The notes beneath the pieces are model-generated. The model was given only the letters and a program-made list of their open reading frames with translations, was not told the origin of the DNA and searched no databases. The translations under genes and the position numbers were made by a program. 32,000 nucleotides of DNA from Candidatus Electronema halotolerans (GTDB lineage Bacteria > Desulfobacterota > Desulfobulbia > Desulfobulbales > Desulfobulbaceae): contig OW818675.1 in the NCBI GenBank assembly GCA_942493095.1, positions 420,001-452,000 of the forward strand, given 5' to 3'. Positions 18,849 through 26,136 of this stretch are shown here, in pieces. The number at the start of each line of letters is the position of its first letter. Position 1 is the first letter of the stretch.

Positions 18849-19683
18849 GCACTGGCAGCAAGTCAGCTTCCGGCTTTCCGGCAGCCTTTTTGTCGGCTCC
18901 GGCAAATGGGGCTTTGTCCTGCCCTGCCGACCCTACTTGCCGGGCTGGACGCTCTGGGGCGCGTTTGTTATCTTGCTGAAGAAAAGCGGACGCTGGTCGG
19001 GCTGTTATGGCGAAATCGGCCAGCGGCTAAATCAGAAATGCTGGCTTGGCCATCTTTTCTTGCAGCAGGAGGACGGCAGCCTGTATTTGCCTGCAATTGA
19101 TCCCAAGCAGGGCGGCAAAACTGTTTTTGACTGGCGCGACCGCAATAACCAAGTTGCTGCCGGGCTGCCGCCCACGCTCTTCCGGCACGGCACGGTGCGC
19201 AGCCGTGAGCAGGGCCAGGAGAGCTTGCACAGACTTTTTCTCACTGAGACTGTGCAGCCCCGGAAGTATCGGTTGACCGGCATTCTCCGCTGCGACAGCC
19301 CGCCGGATGAGCTGCTGCATCCGGGCGACGCGCTCCGGGTCGGCGGCAATCGGCAGGTGAGCGGGGCCGAGATTGTCTGCGAGACCGTGGCAAGCTGCTC
19401 TGAAGAAATGCGGCGGAAATTCCTCAGCTACCAGCACCTGCGCTGCAATCCGGCGGACAATGCCTCTGCCCTGAACGGCGAGCTGGAACGGATTGTCCTG
19501 CGCCGCACCCGGACTGAAAACGGTTCGCGTGCAGACAGCAATGGCCGTTCTGGTTTTGGCCAGCATCACGTTGACTGGGGCCTGCATCTTGCGCCGGGCT
19601 GGGATGGGCCGGAAGGACAGGCGTATCAGCCTGCCAAGGATAAGCAAAACAGTTTCCGGCATGGCACGGTGGAGAAGGTCTGA
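18841..19683 (+). CDS. cmr3: Cmr3-like Cas5-group RAMP
   Basis: YLPGWTLWGAF and LRVGGNRQVSGAE resemble Cmr3 motifs. Last gene in the III-C gene order. 8-nt overlap with cmr5. Confidence 0.5.
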   Translation: MSEHWQQVSFRLSGSLFVGSGKWGFVLPCRPYLPGWTLWGAFVILLKKSGRWSGCYGEIGQRLNQKCWLGHLFLQQEDGSLYLPAIDPKQGGKTVFDWRDRNNQVAAGLPPTLFRHGTVRSREQGQESLHRLFLTETVQPRKYRLTGILRCDSPPDELLHPGDALRVGGNRQVSGAEIVCETVASCSEEMRRKFLSYQHLRCNPADNASALNGELERIVLRRTRTENGSRADSNGRSGFGQHHVDWGLHLAPGWDGPEGQAYQPAKDKQNSFRHGTVEKV

Positions 19684-19841
19684 GCAGCGGTTTTGCGAAC
19701 CTGAAGCAGACAGAAAAATCCGGGAGGTTCGCGGAAAAGCTGAACTTGTTGAATTGCCGTCAAAATCTTGTTAAAGGCCGCTGCAAAAAGGGTGCAAAAA
19801 GATGAGAATCTTTCGCAATAAGCGAGGTTCGCAAAAACAGG

Positions 19842-19869
19842 TTGATTTCTCTCATCTCAACTGTATATT
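19842..19869 (+). promoter_or_regulatory. Leader-C sigma70-like promoter (TTGATT-16 nt-TATATT)
   Basis: The -10 element ends 11 nt before repeat 1 of array 3. The leader sequence is unrelated to leaders A and B. Confidence 0.45.
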
Positions 19870-19880
19870 ATACAGTAACT

Positions 19881-19987
19881 GTCACAATGACACTCCGGGG
19901 TGCCCTGGGTTGCGACAATTATATTTCCATTATCATCATATTCATATTGCCGTCACAATGACACTCCGGGGCGCCCTGGGTTATGAC
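19881..19987 (+). CRISPR. CRISPR array 3: 2 repeats, 1 spacer (35 nt)
   Basis: Repeats at 19881 (3' end GTTGCGAC variant) and 19952 (consensus). Confidence 0.9.
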
Positions 19988-20002
19988 GGCAGCCGGAAAT
20001 CC

Positions 20003-20030
20003 GTAGGGGCGATTCATGAATCGCCCCTAC
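20003..20030. repeat. REP-like perfect palindrome GTAGGGGCGATTCATGAATCGCCCCTAC
   Basis: 15 nt after the last repeat of array 3. The flanks are homologous to 8854-8925. Confidence 0.85.
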
Positions 20031-20115
20031 AATTTTTTGATATTTCGGTAAAAAAATAATCCTCTCTGGGGCCGCCCGGTATTTTCACGTCATTCCAGTG
20101 CGCGGCACGGGCAGG

Positions 20116-20176
20116 CACAGGGGCCTGCCCCTACAAATCCTGTGTTTTCTGTCCAATGACACTCCGGGATGCCCCG
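20116..20176 (+). repeat. Collapsed REP remnant (20116-20135) plus 3'-truncated degenerate CRISPR repeat (20151-20176)
   Basis: acaggggcctgcccctac is a shortened REP. gtccaatgacactccgggatgcccc matches the first roughly 25 nt of the repeat with 3 differences. Confidence 0.55.
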
Positions 20177-20190
20177 CTCTCCTTCCCGCC

Positions 20191-20290
20191 ACATCCTTCC
20201 CTGTTTCCAGCCTCTGCTGGACCTCTCGTAGCAGACTCTGCACCTTGAGCTGCGCAAACATCCGCAACACCTTTTCCCGTCAGCATCGTC
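20191..20290 (+). pseudogene. cas6: 5' fragment of a second cas6 copy
   Basis: acatccttccctgtttccagcctctgctggacctctcgtagcag aligns to cas6 8938-8985. The ATG is lost and TGG has become TAG at 20229-20231. Similarity ends near 20290. Confidence 0.65.
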
Positions 20291-20524
20291 CCCGACAGGC
20301 GCAACAGATGGCTGACAATCGCGGCCTTGAAAAAGAAAAACCGAAAATTTCTGAAGAGACATGAAATCTTGTCAATGATCTCACAGGCAAGGACTGGAGT
20401 CTTGAACAAGTAAGCGGCGGGCTGGCGGATGAAAAAAATTGCAGATATGTCATGAGCGCATTGCATCAGCAACATTGCCCGCGACAAGAAATAGGGAGGA
20501 GAACTACATTTACGCCATCATGCG

Positions 20525-20836
20525 GTCATAATAACCCAGGGCGCCCCGGAGTGTCATTGTGACCTTCTAATAATCCAGCTGAAGATTTGGTAAAAAGTCA
20601 TAACCCAGGGCGCCCCGGAGTGTCATTGTGACTATCATGACACGCACAGGAATGTTGTTCGCAGTATGTCATAACCCAGGGCACCCCGGAGTGTCATTGT
20701 GACAGAGATGTCTATCCAGAGCTTCGATTGTTTGTCATAACCCAGGGCGCCCCGGAGTGTCATTGTGACCTTGTAAAAGCCCGGAAGACAAAAAAGTTTT
20801 GTCATAACCCAGGGCGCCCCGGAGTGTCATTGTGAC
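20525..20836 (-). CRISPR. CRISPR array 4 (inverted): 5 repeats, 4 spacers (33, 35, 30, 31 nt)
   Basis: Reverse-complement repeats at 20525 (distal, with a 3-nt ATA insertion), 20597, 20668, 20734 and 20801. The leader-proximal end is on the right. Confidence 0.95.
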
Positions 20837-20846
20837 TCTGCCTCTT

Positions 20847-20876
20847 TTTATACCCGTAAATTCAGCTTCCTGTCAA
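20847..20876 (-). promoter_or_regulatory. Leader-B promoter, inverted copy (TTGACA-18 nt-TATAAA)
   Basis: Reverse complement of 20837-20887 matches 9760-9810 except for one base seen. Confidence 0.6.
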
Positions 20877-21090
20877 TACCATTTTGTAGTTGAACGCAGG
20901 GCTGCTGTCCGGCGAGGGCGTATTCCCCAAAAGCACAAATGCAAAAACAAGCGTTTTTATCTCGCAATAGATTGAAAATGATGCTATTTTCCTCTGACGG
21001 CAGATGCGCCGCCGTTGAATTGTTTGGATAAAAAGACAACATATTAAACAGGATACAGATTTCGTGTCCTGTCGGCAAGGAGAAAACAGC

Positions 21091-22557
21091 ATGGCCCAGA
21101 AAAAAAATAATTCCTTCAGTCTGACTTTGTTCGATATTTACAGGAAAGACCCGGACGGGCCGCTGCCGGAGCCGCCGACTTTTCTCTGGACAGACAGGGA
21201 CGGCGCAAGCTGGCAGATTCCCTTTCTTGAGCCGGATGAAACAGGCGGCAAGGCTGTGCAAAGCGCGCTGCACCGCCTGTACTGCCTTGCCGGACAGGTT
21301 TTCAAGGAAGATCAGGTTTTCAGAACTGCGCCGCAGAAGCTGCTGAACGAGCTGAACACAACATGGCAGGTCGGCCCTGATCTGCTGCCGGTCTGCTTTC
21401 CCCGCGCAGGCGGCTTCTGCTTGGAAAAGGAATACCTGCTCCTGTATCTGGAAGTGCAGCCAGTCATGCCGGAAATCAATGCGGAATGCCTGTCCCGGCT
21501 GGCGGTCATGCTGACCAACAAGCTCTGCTATCGGGAAAAACAGGTCGCAACACTTCAAAGAGAATTCAAAGCGCATCAGGAAGGCAGTCCGGGCCGCAGC
21601 GAACAGGAGATTGTCCAAGCCCATTTTCAGGGCAATGATGCCAAGCTGATCAAGGGCATCACCGGTGAAGCGATCACGGTCAGGGAAATCTTTGCCGACT
21701 TGGCCGGGCCGGGCTGGGAATCCATGCTTCTTGACCGCTTCCTCCTCAAATCCCTGCTCATCACCCCATCAGAAGATGCGGCCCCTTCATACAGCCGTGC
21801 TGATGAGGAAAACCTGCTGCGGCTGACCAGAGGCATGAATGAGAACTATCTGCCCGCGTCGCTGGAGGCTTTGGCCGGGCATGTCGTGCCAGTGCAGACC
21901 TTTGCCAATGTCCGCTTCTTCGCTGCCAACGAAGGGATTGCCGCGCATGTCAAGCCAGGGCCGGGGCCGGGACAGGATTTTCTTTGCACAGAGTTTTCCA
22001 GCCGAACGCATTCCGAATACATGCTCCTCTTTGTGCTGGCCGTGTATCAGCATTACCGGCTGATTGATCTGATCCGGGAGCTGGCTCGCTGCACAGCAGA
22101 CCTGAACGAGCATAGTTTGGACAGCCGCCGGATTGAACAGCTCCGCCAGCTTCGGCAGAAATTGGCTGTTCATGAGGTGAAATACATCAACACCCAGCCC
22201 GCCTTTCTGACCAATTATCAGCAATATTACAGCGGCCTGCGCCAAGGGCTGAATACCGGCGCACTGGCGGAAAAGCTGCGCCGCTCTGTGGCTGAATTAG
22301 ACGCGCTCTTGGCTGCCGAAGAAATGCGCCGGGCCGAGGAGGACCTTCGGGACCGGAAAGAGCAGAAAGAACGGGATGAAAAGGGCAAAATGCTCATGGC
22401 TGTCACCGCAGAGGCAGTGGCTCTGCCTTATTATCTGCACAGTCTGTTGGCCCATGCTCTGCATTTCAACAATTATGTGGCATTGGCCATAACAGGCATT
22501 GTCACCGTCGGCGTGGTGACAAAAACTGTGCTCACCATGCGCGGCAAAAAGTCCTGA
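21091..22557 (+). CDS. Hypothetical protein, 488 aa, coiled-coil plus C-terminal TM hairpin
   Basis: AAGGAG RBS 8 nt before the ATG at 21091. No family recognised by eye. Charged helix AEEMRRAEEDLRDRKEQKERDEKGK is followed by two hydrophobic segments and a basic tail (MRGKKS). Confidence 0.6.
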   Translation: MAQKKNNSFSLTLFDIYRKDPDGPLPEPPTFLWTDRDGASWQIPFLEPDETGGKAVQSALHRLYCLAGQVFKEDQVFRTAPQKLLNELNTTWQVGPDLLPVCFPRAGGFCLEKEYLLLYLEVQPVMPEINAECLSRLAVMLTNKLCYREKQVATLQREFKAHQEGSPGRSEQEIVQAHFQGNDAKLIKGITGEAITVREIFADLAGPGWESMLLDRFLLKSLLITPSEDAAPSYSRADEENLLRLTRGMNENYLPASLEALAGHVVPVQTFANVRFFAANEGIAAHVKPGPGPGQDFLCTEFSSRTHSEYMLLFVLAVYQHYRLIDLIRELARCTADLNEHSLDSRRIEQLRQLRQKLAVHEVKYINTQPAFLTNYQQYYSGLRQGLNTGALAEKLRRSVAELDALLAAEEMRRAEEDLRDRKEQKERDEKGKMLMAVTAEAVALPYYLHSLLAHALHFNNYVALAITGIVTVGVVTKTVLTMRGKKS

Positions 22558-22579
22558 ATCGCGAAAAGCTCGCCGCCCA

Positions 22580-25500
22580 ATGCGCATCAGCCAATCCAAC
22601 CGCCTTGAAAAGCTGCTCGCCGCCCTCTGCAAGGTGCTGGCCGAGCCGACAAGCAGCCCGCTTGCCCCGGAACTTGTTGTGGTGCAAAACCCCGGCATGG
22701 CCCGCTGGCTCTCCCAGCAAATCGCCCTGCACAGCGGTATTTGCGCCAATATCTCTTTTCCCCTGCCCGCCTCTTTTATCTGGAGCATTTTTGCCAAAAC
22801 TCTTGGCGGCCTGCCTGACCTGAATGATTTCAAAAAAGAAATCCTCCTCTGGCGCATTCTCAACCAATTGGAGAGCCTGCCTGAGCCGCCGCCGGAAATC
22901 AGCAGCTATCTGCACGAAGACCGGGACGGCGGCAGACGCTTCCAGCTTGCCGGGAAAATCGCTGATCTCTTTGACCAGTACCTTGTCTTCCGCCCGGAAA
23001 TGACCCTTGCGTGGGAAAAGGGACAGGACGAGCACTGGCAGGCCCGGCTCTGGCGGCAGCTAACTGAAGGTGGCGAAAGCAGGCATCGGGCCGGAGTGCT
23101 GGAACGCTTCCGGCTGGCTTCGGACAAAGGCATCCTGCGCACCGAAGCACTGCCCAAGCGGGTCTGCATTTTTGGCATCAACTCGCTTGCTCCGGCCTAT
23201 CTGGAAGTCATCCGCCGGATCAGCGCGCATATCGACATCCGCATTTTTCATTTCAGTCCCTGCCAAGAGGCTTGGGACGACATCATGCCGGAACGCCTGA
23301 TCGCCCTGCGGCGGCAGGGCTGGCGCAGACGCAGGACAGCCGACCTCAGCCCCTATTACAGCTCCGGCAACCCGCTGCTTGCCTCGCTCGGCGGCTTAGG
23401 GCGGGAATTCTTCAAAATGCTGATGGAGATGAATCCGGCTGCCGAGGAGGAAGACCTTTACGACGATCCGCCGCAGGATGCCTTGCTCGACCGGCTCCAA
23501 GCAGACATCCTTGAGCTGCGCGACCGGGGCGGCGAGGACGAGGAGCGGCCTGTCCTCAGCCCGGCTGACCGCTCCATCCGCTTTCACTCCTGCCACAGCC
23601 CGATGCGGGAAATTCAGGTCCTCCATGACCGCCTGCTTGATCTTTTTGAAGCTGATCAAGACCTGAAACCAGCAGACATTTTAGTCATGGCCCCGGACAT
23701 CAGCCGCTATGCGCCTGCGGTGGCCGGAGTCTTTGGCTCGGCGGAACAGCGGCTGCGCATTCCTTGGTCAATTGCCGATCAGCCGCGCCGCGAGGAAGAG
23801 CCGGTGCTGGAAGGCTTTCTCGGCCTGCTCCAGCTTGTCAGCAGCCGCTGCACAGCCCCTGATGTGGCGGCAGTGCTGGAGAATCCGGTCATTCTCGCCC
23901 GCTTCGGCCTGACAGAAAACAAGGTGCCGCTCCTGCGCAGAATGATCAGCAGCGCGGGCATCCGCTGGGGCTTGGAGCAGAACAGCAAAAAGGACGCGCT
24001 CCACACCTGGGAGGCGGGCTTGGAACGGCTCCTGCTCGGCTGCCTGACCGGGAGACTCGATCAGCCGTGGCAGGGCATCATGCCAATCAGCGGCGGCCTG
24101 AGCGAGGGCGGCGATTGGCTGGGCAGCTTGGCTGAGTTCATCCGCAGCCTGCAACGGCTCAAGAGGCAGACTGCCCGGCCTCTGCCGCCCGCAGGCTGGG
24201 CCGGTGTTTTTATCCGCCTGATCAGCCGCTTTCTTGACAATGGCAAGCGCGAGCACGAGGAAGGACTGCTCCTGCTCCGGCAGCAGATTGCCGAGTTCCT
24301 TGAAAATTGCCGCCAAGCTGATTTTGAGCAGCCCCTCAGTCTTGCCGTGGTGCGCCGCCATTTCCAGCAGCTTCTGACGGCCCCGGCAGGCGGACAGGCA
24401 TTCTTGGCCGGGCGCGTCACCTTCTGCAATATGGTACCCATGCGCTCAGTGCCGTTCAAGGTGATCTGGCTGCTGGGCATGAACGATGCAGATTTTCCTC
24501 GGTCGCAGCAACCCTACAGTTTTGACTTGATGGCAGAAAATCGTCAGCCCGGCGACCGTAACCGCCGCGATGATGACCGTTATCTCTTCTTGGAAGCCTT
24601 GCTCTCAGCCCGCCGTCATTTCATTGTCTCGTGGCTGGGCCGCGACCAACGCGACAACGCGCCCCGGCCTCCCTCAGTGGTGGTCGCCGAGCTGCGCGAT
24701 TACATCAACCGGGGCTGGCGGACAGCGGACGGACAGCCTGCCGCTGAATGGCTAACTGACAGGCATCCGCTTCAACCATTCAGCCGCCGCTGTTTTGATG
24801 GCAAATATCCTCATATCGCTTCGCATCGGGAAGAATGGCTGCCCGCTTCCGATACTAACAACGCTGCCCCAGCCTTTGCCAGCCGTCCCCTGCCTAAGCC
24901 GGAGCAGTGGGCGCGGCAGATTGACCTGAGCCAGCTTGTCCGCTTCTGGCGGCATCCAGTCCGCTTCTTTTTAGAACAGCGGCTCAATCTGCGCACGTTC
25001 CAAACAGAGGAGCTGCTCCTGCCGGAAAGTGAAACCTTTCTGCTCAATGAGCTGGAAAAATACAGCTTTGCCGAGGAAATCCTTGGTGAGCTGCGCTGCG
25101 GCAGACCGGACTGCGCCGCGCCCCTGCACCGGCGGCTGGCTGCGGGCGGCCTGCCAGGCGGCTGCTTCAGCCAGTTCCTGCACCAGAAGCTCAAGACCGA
25201 GGCTGTAGAATTGGCCGCCAAAGTGGAGGCGCAGCTCCGGCAGCCCGTGGAGCCAGTGGAAATCAGCCTGACTGTTGACGGAGTGCGGCTGACCGGAAAA
25301 ATCACCTCGCTCTGCCGCTGCGGGCGGGTCACGTTCCGGCCTGCCAACCTCAAGGCCAAGGATCTGCTTCAGCTCTGGATTCACCACTTGGCCCTGCTCC
25401 TGCATCAGCCTGCCAAGGTGGAGCTGTGTTCCTTTCACGCGGCCAAAGACAAAATGATCCGCCTGCATGAGGTGCCTGATCCTGAGACTGAGCTGATCAG

Positions 25501-25774
25501 ACTGATTCAGCGTTTTCAGCAAGGCTGCTGCGAGCCGCTCCATTTCTACCCAGAAACGAGCTGGGCTTGGGCGAAAAAGGCGCAGTCACCAAGAGAGGCA
25601 ATGGCTGAGGCCAGAAAGAAATGGCATTCCGGCTATCTGCCCGGCGAGCAGGAAGACCCGGCATACCAGCTCGGCCTTCGCGGTCATGCGCCTTTAGATG
25701 ATCAGCAGTTTGCAGAGCTGGCAGCACTGCTGCTGCCCTTGCTGGAAGGAATGGAGAATGTGAAAATGGAATGA
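22580..25774 (+). CDS. recC: Exodeoxyribonuclease V gamma subunit RecC
   Basis: N-terminus SNRLEKLL..VVVQNPGMARWLSQQIA..GICANISFPLPASFIW is the RecC signature. 1064 aa. Confidence 0.9.
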   Translation: MRISQSNRLEKLLAALCKVLAEPTSSPLAPELVVVQNPGMARWLSQQIALHSGICANISFPLPASFIWSIFAKTLGGLPDLNDFKKEILLWRILNQLESLPEPPPEISSYLHEDRDGGRRFQLAGKIADLFDQYLVFRPEMTLAWEKGQDEHWQARLWRQLTEGGESRHRAGVLERFRLASDKGILRTEALPKRVCIFGINSLAPAYLEVIRRISAHIDIRIFHFSPCQEAWDDIMPERLIALRRQGWRRRRTADLSPYYSSGNPLLASLGGLGREFFKMLMEMNPAAEEEDLYDDPPQDALLDRLQADILELRDRGGEDEERPVLSPADRSIRFHSCHSPMREIQVLHDRLLDLFEADQDLKPADILVMAPDISRYAPAVAGVFGSAEQRLRIPWSIADQPRREEEPVLEGFLGLLQLVSSRCTAPDVAAVLENPVILARFGLTENKVPLLRRMISSAGIRWGLEQNSKKDALHTWEAGLERLLLGCLTGRLDQPWQGIMPISGGLSEGGDWLGSLAEFIRSLQRLKRQTARPLPPAGWAGVFIRLISRFLDNGKREHEEGLLLLRQQIAEFLENCRQADFEQPLSLAVVRRHFQQLLTAPAGGQAFLAGRVTFCNMVPMRSVPFKVIWLLGMNDADFPRSQQPYSFDLMAENRQPGDRNRRDDDRYLFLEALLSARRHFIVSWLGRDQRDNAPRPPSVVVAELRDYINRGWRTADGQPAAEWLTDRHPLQPFSRRCFDGKYPHIASHREEWLPASDTNNAAPAFASRPLPKPEQWARQIDLSQLVRFWRHPVRFFLEQRLNLRTFQTEELLLPESETFLLNELEKYSFAEEILGELRCGRPDCAAPLHRRLAAGGLPGGCFSQFLHQKLKTEAVELAAKVEAQLRQPVEPVEISLTVDGVRLTGKITSLCRCGRVTFRPANLKAKDLLQLWIHHLALLLHQPAKVELCSFHAAKDKMIRLHEVPDPETELIRLIQRFQQGCCEPLHFYPETSWAWAKKAQSPREAMAEARKKWHSGYLPGEQEDPAYQLGLRGHAPLDDQQFAELAALLLPLLEGMENVKME

Positions 25775-26018
25775 GTGCGTGATGGTGAACTGTAAGTGAT
25801 CAATAAAACTCTTAAATGAATCGATGCGCAGTTCTCATCAAACGCTCATCTTGGCCTGACAATTCCCTGACAAAAACTTGGCAGAATAGGCAGGCGAGTT
25901 CTGTCGGCGGCGGCGGACATAATGCAGGCTTCCGTCTTCGTCAGCTTGAATAAGACCTGTTTCTGTGATAGAGTGGTTTCTTTGTCTGCCCATCTTCAGA
26001 CTTGCATAAGGGCGGTTC

Positions 26019-26046
26019 GTAGGGGCGAAAAAATTTCCCCTCCTAC
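26019..26046. repeat. REP-like imperfect palindrome GTAGGGGCGAAAAAATTTCCCCTCCTAC
   Basis: Degenerate member of the same family, upstream of pstB. Confidence 0.6.
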
Positions 26047-26067
26047 GGTGAGCCGTTTCATTTCCGG

Positions 26068-26136
26068 CGTTACGCCATCGCCGTGCTGCTGCTCAATCTG
26101 GCGGCGCGTTTTATTGTGAGGGAGAGGAAAATATGA
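26068..26136 (+). pseudogene. Possible relic of a pstA 3' end
   Basis: Frame ending TGA at 26134-26136 reads [22 protein letters not shown], like the last TM plus basic tail of an ABC permease. It overlaps the pstB ATG (ATGA). The frame is closed by a stop just upstream at the REP. Confidence 0.3.

Noticed and set aside
19802-20059. 85-aa ORF. Similar small ORFs occur at 8729-8914, 8880-9074 and 20090-20362.
   Set aside because: They are translations of CRISPR repeats (VTMTLRGALGYD) and REP palindromes (GAIHESPLQ), not genes.
21091-22557. Calling the 488-aa protein a CRISPR-associated CorA
   Set aside because: Only the gross topology is similar. There is no GMN-type motif, Cas10 appears cyclase-dead, and the gene is more tightly coupled to recC. 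It is kept as an unknown.
22580-25774. recC as a functional partner of the CRISPR locus (RecBCD involvement in spacer acquisition)
   Set aside because: This is an ordinary full-length RecC. Adjacency alone, with no cas1/cas2 present, does not support a dedicated link. recB and recD are not adjacent but may lie elsewhere.
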